Assembly: GCA_951406725.2 (NCBI GenBank)
Contig: OX597825.1
Location: forward strand, 43,710,001-43,774,000
Origin: Octopus vulgaris
Taxonomy: Eukaryota
DNA length: 64,000 nucleotides
Reading direction: 5' to 3'
Made by a program: the position numbers and the translations under genes. Shown in pieces: positions 40,218-54,946 of this stretch; positions within the stretch are counted from its first letter, which is position 1, and the number at the start of each line of letters is the position of its first letter. The notes below the pieces were generated by a model. The model was given only the letters and a program-made list of their open reading frames with translations, ran no database searches and was not told where the DNA came from.

Positions 40218-40570
40218 GAGGTGCAATGGCCCAGTGGTTAGGGGGCAGCGGGCCTGCGGTCGTAGGATAGCGGTTTCGATTCCTAGACCGAGTGTTGTGA
40301 GTGTTTATTGAGCGAAAACGCCTAAAGCTCCACGAGGCCCTGGTAGGGGGTGGTGGTGAACCCTGCTGTACTCTTTCACCACAACTTTCTCTCACTCTTT
40401 CTTCCTGTTTCTGTTGTACGTGTATATCGGAGGGTCAGCCTTCTCACACTCTGTGTCACGCTGAATCTCCCCGAGAACTACGTTAAGGGCACACGTGTCT
40501 CACAAGCAGACTGTTCCGTTGATCGATGAACTGGAATCCTCGTCGTCGTAACCGACGGAGTGCCATATTG
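40218..40570 (+). mobile_element. SINE family 3
   Basis: tRNA-like head 'ggtgcaatggcccagtggttagg...gcggtttcgattcct'; matches 17500. Confidence 0.85.
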
Positions 40571-40941
<371 letters not shown>

Positions 40942-41639
40942 CAAAATGGTTATAATAATCGTTCAAAATTAAATGCTGCCAAACTTTGCTTTGTTTAATC
41001 GCTTCAAATAATAGCGGAAAACAGAAGCTTATTGTATTTATAATTCCTCTGTATTTAAATGTTAAGCAAGTATATCGAGAAGTTTCACGATTCACTAGGC
41101 AGAATATCTAGCAGACTGAAACTAAATTGCAGTATTAAGGTTTCTATATATTTTTTCTTTTACAATACACAGAAACTTTCTTGGTTAACTACAGCAGATT
41201 GTAAATTAATCACATATCCTTCTTACTTTCGTTTGGGTGATACAGAATTTTGAATTTAAAATAGACATTATCTCTTAAGATCTTATATAAATTTTCTTCA
41301 GAACTAAACATGATTATGAATTGAGAAACCTTTATTCGCTGAGATATTGTTATAAAATTTCTTCTTCGTTAAAATTAGTCTAATCTGATAAGAATGTATT
41401 TCTATATCCTGATGCGACAAACATCAGTTTCTTTGGTAAGGATTACCTTCCGACATGCACTTGAACATCCATTTCCAATTTTGTTTCGTCCTGTCTTTCT
41501 TTCGTTTGATAACTCTTTCAATGATCTGATGTGTCTCTTTATCTCTCTCTGTCTCTCTACTTATCTCTTTCTTCCTCTATCTATCTTTTTCTTTCTCCCT
41601 ATGTTGTTCTCTTTCTCTTTCTCTCTTTCTCTCTTAATA

Positions 41640-42428
41640 TATTGGGTTGAGGAATAATTCATGAGCGATTTTTTTTTTCTTCAAATTTAAAAATGCACGC
41701 AGAAATAAAACGCATTGGCAAAATGTTTTATACTATTTGAAAGAGAATGTTTTGCTCTACAAGATAGTGTGTTTTGATATTTTAATTTTATTGATTTTTG
41801 TGTATTTTCAGATCATTAAAATGCAATGTCCAGTGGGCAAAACTGAGCATTTTCGACGCCCCTTACTTTTTGCATTTAATCGAGGTTTTAAGGCCGCGCT
41901 TCAAAAATGGGAATTTTGACCTCAAGGACAGATTACATACCGGTCGACCAACTGAGTTCGATGAAGAGCGATTGAATCAACTTCTTCATGAAAATTCACA
42001 TCCAATGACCAGAAAATTGGCAGCGCAGATGGATTGTAATAACAAAAACTGTGGTGAACCACCTTCACTCAATGGGCAAGGTTCATCGAACTCAGTTATG
42101 TGTGATCCGTCCTTGGGGTTAAAATTCCAATTTTTGAAGCGCAAAAACCAACGGCGGGCAGTACTTTGAGGCATTGCTTCTTCTCCATACACAGCACAAA
42201 TATCACGATCAGTTTCGACGGACTTAACACCTCATTTAAATACAAAAAGCAAATGGTGTCAAGAATGCTGTCTTGCCCACTTGAAAAATACACAAAAATC
42301 AATAAAATTAAAAAATCAAGACACACTATCATGTAGAGAAAATCATATTCTTTCAAATAACATAAAACATTTCGCCAATGCATTTTATTTCTGTGAGCAT
42401 TTTTAAATTTGAAAAAAAAAACGCTCAA
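41640..42428. mobile_element. Two mariner 5' halves joined in inverted orientation (fold-back)
   Basis: Left (+) TIR tattgggttgaggaataattcatgagcg and 'RFKNGNFDLKD...GRPTEFDEERL'; right (-) 'VYGEEAMPQSTARRWFLRFKNWNF'; leaders 41662-41810 and 42280-42428 are inverted homologues. Confidence 0.85.
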
Positions 42429-42589
42429 GGATGTGGGCAGTACTTGTTAGCACAATATTTTGGATTTATTTGAGACATGGTTCTCCGAAGATATTATCTG
42501 GATATTTCTGATACCCTTTTTTTAATCATACCTAGAACACCCACAATAACAGAACTGTTCTCGCAGAAAGCATTGTCAGAGCAGTAATG

Positions 42590-42890
42590 TTGAGTATTGA
42601 AAAACTATGTTGTCTGTAGTGAGGTTAGAACGCTTACTGGGGTCAGAAATATAGAGAAAATCACTGGAACAGTAAGAGAATTCAAAGTCAGAAGGAAAAA
42701 TGACAGAATAATTAGTCGATATGTAAAGGAATTACATGTCCAGTTCATGCATCAAATAAGACAGTTGGAATTAAAGAACGCTGGTTGTGGCTGACAGATG
42801 AAAACCTGAAACAAGAAACTGAATCGTTAATTATACTCTCTGAGGAACATGCTATTGTTACGAACTGCATTAAAACAAATATTGAAAATC
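42590..42890 (+). mobile_element. R4/Dong fragment
   Basis: 'KELHVQF', 'WLTDENLKQETESLII...EHAIVTNCIK'. Confidence 0.7.
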
Positions 42891-44439
42891 TCATTCATGC
42901 GCGAGCGCGTGTATCTGAATGTGAAAAATGGTGCGCATATCTATGTGTATGTACATATAGACTGAATTAAGCCGAAGAATACCCTGTAAATAAAACCAAG
43001 TTAAGTAGACTTCCATTTACTAATTGCTCTATCAGTAATATGGTAACGAAAGCATATATGTTACCTTCATAAATTAAGTAAGTAATGTGTGTGTGTGTAC
43101 ATGTATATTGAAAATATTGGTTGAGGTGAAATATACAAGTTTTCCATGTCCTCATTGTCAATGATATATACAATGTTTTATAAAAATATAGAATATATAA
43201 AATAAACATAAAATATATAAAACATATATATAATATATTATCTTAAAAAGAAACTATAAATTGATTAATAGTTGTTATTTTATGATGGATGATATTAAGA
43301 GTGCAAAAGCTAATACAATGGTTGCTAAATTTTATAACTAGTTAGATGCAAGTTTTGATAAAAGTATATACACTGTGTGATGTTTCAATTATATAATTTG
43401 AACAAAATACTGTAAGAGAGCAAATGAAAAGAAGCCAGGACAAATTAATAAAGCAAATAATATACATACATTACCATGTCAAACAAAATAGATTCATTAG
43501 CCATAGTAGTGAGTGATAAGTAGATGTTATGCTCTTATCATAAATTTCTGGATAAGGACGTTAGATTGTAATTTCTGTATGGAAAAATATAAAACCAATA
43601 ATATTAATGATTTTAATTAGGAAAATCGATGTAGAAATGCAAGTAGAAGATTATATTAGAGGTCAAAATTGATATATTGGAGGATGTGTAAAAATAATAC
43701 GGGTGCTTGTAAAAGTTTCAAATTATTTATTTAAATGGTAAGTTAACAAGAAGTTCATGTAATGTTGGAAGAAAGTATGTTAAATAGGTGTATACTAATT
43801 AAAAGTCTTTTTAATAAATATCTATGAAAGATAATTATGTTCACAAGTATTATGGATGTAATGTAATTATAGCTGGCGTTATCTACATGAACAAGTGTGG
43901 TGAGAAGCAATAATAGAGTAGAAATTAGACTGGGTGTGTAGATAAGGGGGGTTTTAGAGATATAGAAGTATACCAGTAATTGATTGGGATTTCTTACTAA
44001 ACAACCGTAAATTAAGAAAATGTAAGTGTAATTTAAACCCGAAGTAGAGTAAGTCTAATGCTGATAATAGATTTTCAAATTCTTCAGTTTTATTTTTACG
44101 TTCCGTTGAGTAGTGCACATCAGATTCGAGTAGTACACGTAATATAGCAGAGGTTTGGGGCGGTGAGAGAAGAATTTTTCAGCTCTTTACTCAACCCTTC
44201 TTCCGTTTTGCGAAAAGCGACACTGTAAATGATCTCTTTCTGACAGTGCTACGTAGACAATTGCGAAATAGAAAGTGAAAGAGGAGCTCCATTAGTGCAT
44301 AAACGCAACTTACTTTATCGGTCCCCAAAGTATGAAAAATTTGAACCCGGGGTGGATAGTTAGAAGAAAACTGGGGTGGCATTGTATCCAACTTTCTAAC
44401 TGTCATGCCAATTCGCTACATTAATGGATTGAAAGTAAT

Positions 44440-44645
44440 GCTTTTTAATATAGGCACAAGGCCTGAAATTTCGAGGGAGGAGATAAGTTGATTACATCGA
44501 CCCCAGGGCTGAACTGGTACTTATTTTATCGACCCCGAAAGAATGAAAAGTAAAGATGACCTTGGCGGCATTTGAACTCAGAAACGTAAAAATGGACCAA
44601 ATTCGGCTAAACATTTTGTCCGGCGTGCTAACGATTCTGCCCGTG
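44440..44645 (-). mobile_element. SINE family 2
   Basis: Homologous to 12540 and 49098. Confidence 0.85.
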
Positions 44646-46136
44646 TGTGCTCGTGTGCGTATGTACGTATGTATTTGTTTATATTTATCAGTGAAACTGG
44701 TGCTGCACTTCTATTTGTCAAAATACATGACAATGTGATAACAAAAGACCATAATAAATTCAAAGTAAATATTGAGGCTGGATTTCGTTGGCTAAACCCA
44801 TTTGAGAATGTTGTACAAATCGAAATACCAAAACACTGTTGTTTGTAAGCCATGAATTTCAAACGCGAGTTTACTAGCAAAGCTAATTTACACTTTAATG
44901 TTTTCCAGAAGCTAAATACAGACAAGAGATCAAACTGAATATAACTCGAAGTACATATAATACAGCAAGGGACTAGAAAGTTATAAAAAGACGCCCAAAA
45001 TACTATTAACTAATCTCAAACTATGGTGTAAATATCATCTGGAAAATTCACAGTAGATCAACTTAAAATCAACTTACTAAACGTGTATGATGAATAAACT
45101 GGAATAAAACTTCTTTGGACAAGAGCTATATAGGAGAAAAAAAGCAATGTAAAAGAAAAATAAGCAATCGCGATCAGAGTACTGATGAAGAAAATAGCTG
45201 ATGCTTGAATATATTTAACACAATAAAATGGGAACTAAGTTATACATATCGAAACAACTAAACCAGGCATTAAGTTATCATGGCCTTGCGCATATGCGTT
45301 TCTAACGCTAATGTAATAGATAAACTGAATTGTATTCTTATCTTCATTAAGATCTGGTTGCAGACAGGTGTTCAATTTGAATACAACTCAAAGTACATAC
45401 AGGTAGGGTGGGAACCCGCCAAGTTAATAAAAGAGCAGAATTTCTTTTATTCATTCGCATATAATTCACGTAACAAACGTCTTTACAAACAGAACTCGAA
45501 TCATTTAAATGGTCATCTTATTGTTTCCAGCACACATTTTCTTTAGATTACAATACAATGAGTAGGTGATTATGTTGAACTATCAACGTAATATTCATTC
45601 ATCGAACCCGACCTGATGTCCTTCACATGTGTGATAACTCTCGCTACAAACTTGGAATATTGTACTACCTATCCATCCAGCCAGACATATCTTGTGTGCT
45701 ATGACAGGCGCTGGACTCTGAAGCGGTTAACATCAATATATATCTTAATATAGGCGCAGCGTAATACACTAAACGATGCGATGTTTTTATTGAGATGCAT
45801 TTTTCTTTTTAGTTGTGGTATTGGTTCTCTCATAGACTTGGTGTTGGTAACAGGAAAATGGAAGCAAATTACCTGCATACCAGTTGTCATTGTAGTAATG
45901 ATACTGTCAAGTTCTGATTAAGGAAAGTGAGTAATGACTGAGTTGCAGTTGTCAATTAGATGGTAAAACGAGAGTCGACACATCGACACTAAAGTAGCAA
46001 CAACTTATTGCAAGTATATACACCTGTTTGCGTATATATAACTTGTGATCGTGTGGGTGACTATATATGTATGTGTGTGTATGTGTGTGTCTGTATTTAT
46101 ACACGCACATATATACGTGTATATGAGTTTGTAGGT

Positions 46137-46176
<40 letters not shown>

Positions 46177-46649
46177 TACTTTTGGTGTTCATTTATTTGC
46201 ATGTCTGAATTGCTGCCAGCAGGAAACAGTAACAAAAATGTGGTGAAGAATTATTTCTCCATGAAAGGTTTAAACAGTAAAGAAACTTATATATTTGATT
46301 GTCTAGTTTTCTCTATTACCCAAAATATCACGTTATCGCTCTCTAAAGTTTTCTCAACCAATAAGCGAACATATATCAGTTACTATTATAATGGTTGGCT
46401 AAATCTGAACAAGCTTCTATAAAATGCCGGAGAATAGAATATATTATTACTTCACTTCATATTTGTGGGAGCTTCGAGGAAAAATGTTTCAGGCTCCAAG
46501 TAATTTATTCAATTCAGGAAGATAATTTTCATTGATGCAACAATCTAAAAAAGGCAATTTCTTACCACGTTTTTCCTTCGACGAATTTTGGACGGACATA
46601 CACACACACACACACACATACATACACGCAGACACACATACGTAGATAG

Positions 46650-46694
<45 letters not shown>

Positions 46695-48147
46695 GCAAGC
46701 ATGTATAATATATATGTATATACCAGCATATTTTATATGTATATATCTGTGTATGAGTATTTATATGCATATATATGCATACACTCATATAAGTGTACGT
46801 ATGTATGTGTAAGATTATTTGTGTATATAAATGTACATGTTTACGTATATTTTTCGCTTTACCATCTCCCGATGAAATAGAATATTTTTCCTTCTCTGCA
46901 TTTGAGTATGTGTTTCTCTCAGTGTTATATATGCTTGTGTCTGATCATTTGTACGTACAATGTATACAAGAATGCTTTACGCAGTTGTATGCGTATTATT
47001 TTTATTGCTTATGCCCTGCGAGAAATAAAAAGAGAAAACAAAGTACTTTCCATCTGTTTCAAATGACACAATGGAAGGAAACAGAATGTAAAGGAGTGAA
47101 GGTATCTCAAGATATTTGTAACAAGAAAGGTGTAAAAGAAATTCTGGGGGATAGCCAGTGTTGAGAATTGTCAAGTGAAATAAATGTCTGCATTCAGCAA
47201 TTAAATGATTCCTAGTCAACACTAACATTAAATTTAGTTATCAACGTTTTGCGGCGATATTTTCCAAGTAAATTATCAACATTTAAGTTTCACAACCATC
47301 AAGGCTGATGGTAATTATACTGACAGTAATCTTCCTGTTAGGGAAGATGATGGTGGAAGTAAAGATCATAGTGATGATGATAATGATTAAAATGTTAAAG
47401 GCTATGGTGGAGATATTGCTAGTTGCGTGTAAAAAAAAAAGTTAATAGTCTATACGATTGATTTTGAGGCAAATTATGTAGAACAGGAAATGAACAGGAT
47501 AAAAAAGCTCTACGATATGCAATTTCAATCCTCAGAAAACGCATTTTTCCATTGGGGTAATTTCACGAAGAAAACTTCTAAAAGAAATTGGTTTACTTCT
47601 TCTATCCAGTTTTTGTTTTTAAATTCTTTCTGCTATAGGCACAGGGCCTGGAATTGGGGGGCGGGAGATAGTCGATTACATCAACTTCAGAACTCCATTT
47701 ACTTATTTTATCCAGCCCGAAAAGATGAAAGGCAAAGTCGATCCCGGTGAAATTTGGAATCGATAATGATAATGATAATAATAATTATTATTATTATAAC
47801 TTGCAGCATACAACGGTACGAAAAATGGGAATGGATCTTCCAAGAAAAAAGAGAAATTAAAATAAAAACAAAAATATTTTACAGAAATTTAAGCAAAAAA
47901 CGATATCAATATATAACATGCCAACAACATCAGAGATTCGATACTGGGAATGAATATGGAGTGAACAAGAAAAACATAACAAAAATGCTCAGTGTGTGTG
48001 TGTGTGTGTGTATGTGTATGAAAGGTACATGTGTGGGGGTGTGGGCCTATATATATGCGTATGTATTCATGTATACAGGTATGTGTCTGTGTTTGTATGC
48101 GTGTATTAGTCTACATTACATTTTCTCTTAAGCTTACTCTCTCTTTG

Positions 48148-48400
48148 TGGAGGCGCGTGGCTGCGTGGTTAGGGTGTTGGACTCATTGTCGTAAGATTGT
48201 AGTTTCGATTCCTGGACCGGGCGGCGCGTTGTGCTCTTAAGTAAAACACTTCATTTCGCGTTGCTCCAGTCTACTCAACTGGCAAAATGAGTAATCCTGC
48301 GACGGACCAGCCTCCTGTCCAGGGAGAATATATGAACCATGGAAACCGGGAAATCGACCCAATAAATCTATATGACTTTGGAAGGATCTTTATTATTTTC
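48148..48400 (+). mobile_element. tRNA-derived SINE
   Basis: 'ggaggcgcgtggctgcgtggttagggtgttggact...gtttcgattcctggacc'. Confidence 0.8.
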
Positions 48401-49097
48401 CTTTATCCTGCTCTCTTTAACGGGCAGATTTTTCAGAATAACTAATTGTCACGGAGGATTATTTATAAGCATATAAGTTTTAATCATATCGTTAAAACAC
48501 CACTATAGTATGCTGTAGCTGAAAGCCTGGACATTCTAACTGAAATATTTCATAATAAACTACCATAATGGATCTAGGAGTATTGGATTTATAATTTCGT
48601 GTATATAGAGAAGTGCTTTACTGGATTTATGATATGGATAATAAAGATCAGAATTTAAATTAAGATTTAGAAAACTTACAATCTTAATGCCTTTCTCAAT
48701 CATAATGGATAAATTATATTTCTAAAAATTATGTTGTAATTTCCTAAGTCTTTCTAATTGGAATATAGAATAATTAATGGCATTGAAGAAAGAATCATCA
48801 CGATATTGATTATCATTAATGTTTGGAATATTTCTATGTAATTTATATAAGATAACTAATCGGACTAAATCAGTTGCCTGAACTGAGTCAAATGAGTACG
48901 CATTTATGTCGAACGTCTAGGTTTTCTAGTCTACTCATTTTCATCGAATGGTACCAATCGTGTTCCTCGCTGCTAAAATAATATCTATTTCTGTAAAAGT
49001 TAAAGATGTCTTTCTGCGAAAGATAGGAGCCCTGTTGAAGGATTACCAAAAAAGGTCTGTCTTATAGTTCTTGATAAGAAAACTGGTCAGAGAAGTT

Positions 49098-49390
49098 CTG
49101 TCCTGTCCTCACATACATATGTATGTGTGTTTGTGTTACGATATATATAAAAACATAGGCGGCGAGCTGGCGGAAGCGTTAGCACCCCGGGCGAAATGCG
49201 TAGCCGTATTTCGTCTGCCGTTACGTTCAGAGTTCAAATTCCGCCAAGGTCGACTTTGCCTTTCATCCTTTCGGGGTCGATAAATTAAGTACCAGTTACG
49301 CACTGGGGTTGATGTAATCGACTTAATCCGTTTGTCTGTCCTTGTTTGTCTCCTCTGTGTTTAGCCCCTTGTGGGCAGTAAAGAAATAGA
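49098..49390 (+). mobile_element. SINE family 2, full length
   Basis: 'ggcggcgagctggcggaagcgttagcacc...gttcaaattccgccaaggtcgactttgcctttcatcctttcggggtcgataaattaagtaccag'. Confidence 0.9.
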
Positions 49391-49819
49391 TATATATAAA
49401 AACAATACTCAATAGTTTAGTAGAGTACAAATTTATTAAACTCTTACGAGAATGGTAACTGTAACTTCGAAGTTTTGACTTGCAAGCCATCGTGGAACTA
49501 TACTACCCTTAGATCACTTTTAGCTTTAAACAGTCTTTCGGAAGTTGTTTTCTGGAGTAGGTGAAGCTATGTAAAATTAGGCTAGGGGCATGAAGGTCTG
49601 AGAAGTAGATGCATAAAAAGTGGACAAGTAGAGAACTGGGGTAAAGTATGTTTATACGGTGTGGGTTGATAGAAAGTTGCGTTTGGACAATTCTGTTTGG
49701 TTTGGAGTGGGAGCTACTGTGGAAATAAATATGTATACACACACATACATACATATTATACTTGTATATATCTATATAATAAAACGAACGTCTGTGTATG
49801 TGTCTGTCTGTCGATTTAT

Positions 49820-50337
49820 TGGAAGAAAGACCATGTTGTGTGTATGGTGAAACTGAGAAGGCATAATCCATTACGAACTGCTTGAGAGCAACCAAACGCT
49901 CAATGCAGAGCTCTGTGTTCAACAACTGCACCGACTCGATTCAGCAAAAAAGACCGAATAGGCGAAATGGCGTTCTTCTGCAATACAACAACGCCCGTCA
50001 TCACATCACTAATATGAACCAAAGCCACGATTCAAGAACTTGAATGGGAAGAGCTGCCTCATCCTCCAAATTCTCCAGACTTGGCGCCGTCAGGTATTCA
50101 TCTCTTTGGACCGCTTTCGAACGCTTTGCGCGGTCTATCGTTCAATACTGACGTGGACGAATTCTTTGGGTCAAAACCGGGAGATTGAATTTTTTGAGTC
50201 AAGACCGAGGCATCGAAAAACTTATTGAACGATGATAGGAAATCGTAAACAACAACGGGGATTAATTGATTAATTTGTTGTGTGTTTTTTTTTTATAAAT
50301 TTGAAAACAACGCTCATGGATTATCCCCCAACCCAAT
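49820..50337 (+). mobile_element. Mariner 3' half with right TIR
   Basis: 'KTMLCVW', 'GIIHYELL', 'LQYNNARHH', 'HPPNSPDLAPS'; end cgctcatggattatccccaacccaata is complementary to the 41640 TIR. Confidence 0.88.
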
Positions 50338-52203
50338 ACATATAAACTAAAAGTTAATCTTGGGTAAAATTTTCTGAGGAGGACAATGGAAGTTGTCCCG
50401 ATAGGTGACCAGCAATAGGGTGAGGGATTACTACATATTTTTAAAAAATCAAAGCACAAACAGAATAGCCATCTGCCTGTAAAGGAACCTAGTAGTGCTA
50501 AAGCCATGTTGGCAATAATTCTAATATTAGTCTTCACTAAGGATCAGTAACTGACCACAATGATCAATAACTGACTACTGATAGAGTCAATGAGAGAGTC
50601 TCTAACAAATCAATTAATCGCAGCCAAGTTCCTTCAAATCGCATCCTATTATCAGGAAGAACATATTAAGCAATTTAGTTATAGATATACGAAAAGATGA
50701 GATGATCAAGGTTGCAGGGTCTTTTCTGTTCTATTAGAGTTAACTAGGGGTCAAACGGCGACAAAAACTGACTCTTCGTGCCAATTGCAGTCGAGATACA
50801 ATCCTACGTGCTGCTTTGTCATTGGCAACAAAATCTAAAAGAAGAAGTATTTTTGTTTCAAAAATCAGAAGTTATTTACTAGTTACCTGGAAAAATATTG
50901 TGGAAATGGATAGCTTAGAGCAGCGGTGGAGTGAAATCCCAGCTTCAGCTGAATAAGATTTGGAATAGGTACATCAATCTATCACAGGGAGAAATTAAAA
51001 GAAAAAACTGAATACTAATAGCTAACGGAGCAAATTTCGTTGCTGCTAGTTACATTGATGAGCTATATCTATGCATGACACATATTTACAAATAGGTGAA
51101 CCGGGTCGTTGAGTATCGAGTGTATTTAAAGATATTATTTCAAGAAATTCGTGGCTCAGTAAGGTGCTATTTTTATCTGCCTGAAAATGCCTTCATTGCT
51201 ACCTACATGCAATAAACCTAATCGAAGTGGGGTCTTCTACACACTTTTATATATATCGTCACAAGAAAGCCTTGTGTGACAGTTAAGGAGGAGCTCTTGG
51301 ATAGCTAAAAGAAAATGACTGAATTTTAAAAGCTAACGGAGCGCATTGGCACTTCTAAACTAATCGCTCTGTTGCAAACGATTGGTCTAGGCCTCCGGCC
51401 GGGGTGGGTTACTGCCGCCTAACAATGCACCGCCAGTCTATACTCTTTTCTCTCCCCCATAAACTCTTATTACCATCTACAGAGATGAGATACACCACTT
51501 TTAAATGTTTAACTGAAACCAGTTAAATATCGACAACGCGTTAAAACAATCTGCAATATAGTAAGAGTACAGTACTAGGTATGAGGTACGAGCAATTTTT
51601 TAAATTTTGTGGATGACGCCGGTCACAAAATACGAACACATGAATTCTGAAACCCAGTTCATCCAGCCATTGCGTCAGCTAACAAATAATCACCAGGTTA
51701 ATTAGCAAATGCAGTATACATGACGCCTCACACTTACTAATAGAATCAAGTGATTTTTACCAACGTTTTTGGAATCAAGGGAGTGGTAAATTCATTTATT
51801 TTCTTCCCTTCAAATTTTTCTTCGTCCCACCTTTTATAAATTCAAAGTTAGTATCATTATAATGTCAACAAAGTCACGATTATTTAATAGTTTACATTTT
51901 TTATAAACATATTCTTTCATTTATTCATACATTTTCTTTTTCAGAAACATTAAGTCACGCTTTCCTCCAACATTTCTTTTGCTTTATATCGGTTTTCTTG
52001 CTTAGCTTTCTTTATTGATTGATTTTAGTTTTGTTTTCATTTCAATAGAGTTTAGGATGTTGTTGACGTGATTTTTCAAACGCACCCAACATCTACCCTC
52101 ACACACTTGCATGCACAGTCGTGTGTGTGTGTGTGTACATAAACATACAAGACTATGTACATGGAGGTATGTATGTATGTATGTATGTATGTATGTATGT
52201 ATG

Positions 52204-52318
<115 letters not shown>

Positions 52319-52549
52319 TTATATATATATGGAGAAAGAAAGAAAGAAAGAAAGAAAAGACAAACTTGAGAGTAAGAAATGCTTTGTTAATTCATATGTA
52401 GTTGAGATCTGTACAATAACGAGACAGAAATGAACTTCACAAGTTACAATATAATTTGCTAAGAAATTACTACGCAATTAATTAGAAGTTAGTAGGGTTG
52501 TGACCCATGTCTACGTGAAAGAAAGAAATGTAAGATTCTGACGAACCTG

Positions 52550-53120
52550 AAACTTACTGACACTCAAAATTGTTGAGCACAAACAAAATACTGTTAACTA
52601 CTGACGGAATACGAAAGGTACAGACTTTGAAATATGTTAAGTAACCATTTTCACGAGGTGGCAATCTAAAATATTGAGGGAATATGAGCCATACAGCCGG
52701 AAAATTAAACAGATTGACACTCTATGATGCTGTCGAGAACTGAATCTTGCCAACGCTAAGGTATATTCTTCATTTATTATGAAACTTGCTGACGTTTTAA
52801 AGTACACACCTAACTTTAAAATTACTAACAGTACTGACTAAACCTAAATCTGACACTGCTACCTACTCACTCACCTTTTATAAACTACTGGCAGAACATG
52901 AGGTTTTACTGACATTGTAACGTTCCCCGACCAGTATTGTAAAGTATTAAACTTACAGGTATTATCAGATACTTACCGATAGTAAAGCTCACTGATACAA
53001 TATGTTAGATACCGATTCTAAAGCATATTGGTACTCTTTACCACAGACGAACTACGGAATTTATTGACACTGTCAAGAACTCATCTCACCTGAAAGCTTG
53101 AAACTTACAGAAACTGTAAA
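52550..53120 (+). repeat. Highly degenerate short-unit tandem repeat (core ttactgacact)
   Basis: Recurring variants: cttactgacactc, ctactgacgg, attgacactc, ttactgacattgt, cttaccgatagt, ttattgacactgt. Confidence 0.5.
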
Positions 53121-54001
53121 GTATAAATCAGAAATAATGTGATAAACTCTCAATTTTAATTAAATTTATAGATTGCCCTGATGATTTTGGTAAAAAAAAT
53201 TATATAAATGACTTAACCGAACACACTACCTGAGTTATACGTATTCTATCGTTAGATAAAACCTATAGTCGGCATCAGCCTGGTTTGAACTCAAAGCATA
53301 TAGAGTGTTACATTAATTTCTGTGATTCAGTTGTTCCAATGCTTCAAAAATTATGGATTCCGCAACATAAAAACTATTACAATCAACTGACAAGAGTTTT
53401 TAGCTATAGATTCGCGATACAATAAACAAAAACAAAGTGCAGTTTGCAACTATTTCACCTACACTTACGAAAGACATGAAAACACTCTGATTTTCCTTTC
53501 CTTAAAATACCGGGCTTTTCTGTGTACTGAGTCACAAAAGAACCAAATATTATTCAGCGTCCAGCGAGTGTTAACCGTGTTAATAAGTACTCCGCTAGTT
53601 TACTTTGGGAAATTTTCTACCACCAGCTGAAATATTTTGTATTTTACTTCATTCACCTAAGTTAATATTTCTCTTGGGAAAGGCATCTCAGTAACAACGT
53701 GTCATTTTCACATTGACAAAAGCAGAAAATATTCATTTATCTCAGGACGGTTTGAAGAATTTGCTTTACTTTTTAATATGAGTAGTGACATTTGTAATAT
53801 GCATGCCTTTCCCTCGGAATAAATGCAAAGCAACATGAAGATATGAATGAATCATAATTTCCAAGAGAAAATGAGTCGTTAATTCAGTTCGCCGACGTTG
53901 CTCGACAAAGCAAAAGATGCAGGATTAAATAACAGTGAATAAAAAGAAAATAACTGAGAGCTTTCATTAAATATAAAAGAAACCCAATAGAAGTGTCGGA
54001 T

Positions 54002-54169
54002 TTAATGGCGCATTTCATCTAATAATCTTTCTCGATTCGCTTCCTGGTTGTGATCCAAAATTTGATTGATCCGAAATTCCGCTTCTTGACCACAGTTTGT
54101 TAGTCTAAGATCCAAGTGCCTGACTGTTGTGTTTACCTCAAGACTTTCTCTGATCAGTTTGCCACCATC
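54002..54169 (-). CDS. TCTE1: TCTE1/DRC5 last coding exon
   Basis: Acceptor tttcag| at 54171-54170; 'DGGKLIRESLEVNTTVRHLDLRLTNCGQEAEFRINQILDHNQEANR' matches the vertebrate TCTE1 C-terminus (DGGK...DLRL...QESEY); TAA stop. Confidence 0.93.
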   Translation of the reverse strand, partial: DGGKLIRESLEVNTTVRHLDLRLTNCGQEAEFRINQILDHNQEANRERLLDEMRH

Positions 54170-54357
54170 CTGAAACGGAAGCGAGAAAATCATGAAACAT
54201 GGTGATTGTATTTTGAAGTTTGGATATTTAAATATATGCATCTGTGTACATACATATAAATTCCTCTGTTATTGTATACATATATAAAAATGTGACAATT
54301 TGTCGACTTGCATGCATAGTAATGTCTATGCATACACACAACACTCGCAACACATAC

Positions 54358-54388
<31 letters not shown>

Positions 54389-54897
54389 GCGTACGAGAAG
54401 TTCAAACCTAAACACAAATCCTTTGAAGTAGAGAGGAGCGTCAAAAACCTTTAGCAACATGACCGAAAAACGTTTCGATTCCAGAATGAAACTAAGCGCG
54501 CACGTGTATGTGTGTGAGTGAGTGCGAGCGTGTGTGTGTGTGTGTGTGTGCATGTATGTGTGTATGTGTGTGTGTGTGCGTGCGTGCGTGTATGTGCGTG
54601 CGTATACGTGCGTGCATGTAAGAGCTTGTGAGTGAGGGCTTGTTTTTGCATGAGAACGTGTGCATGAGTGTGTAGGAGTGTTTGAATGCGCATGAATGAG
54701 CACATTTGCGTGCGTATATGTGTACACATCTATGTCTATGTGCGTGAGTGCGTGCTTGTGCGCGATTGCATGTTTGAATGTCTGTTTGTATTCGCATCTG
54801 TATGAGAGAGACAGAGAGAGAGTGCGTGTGTGCGCATTGCATCATGTGTGTGTACATTACGGAAGTAGAAGTTATATACATCACGCACACCAAGAAC

Positions 54898-54943
<46 letters not shown>

Positions 54944-54946
<3 letters not shown>

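Noticed and set aside
43260-44060. AT-rich stretch possibly a very old RT remnant
   Set aside because: No motif could be read convincingly in any frame.
50887-50948. Minus-strand 62-nt segment with good AG/GT sites (similar 41-nt case near 45873-45913)
   Set aside because: No recognisable protein similarity; such splice-like pairs occur by chance without transcript evidence.
52537-52560. CTGACGA-acct-GAAAC as a hammerhead
   Set aside because: No stem II or stem I pairing; lies in the degenerate tandem repeat.
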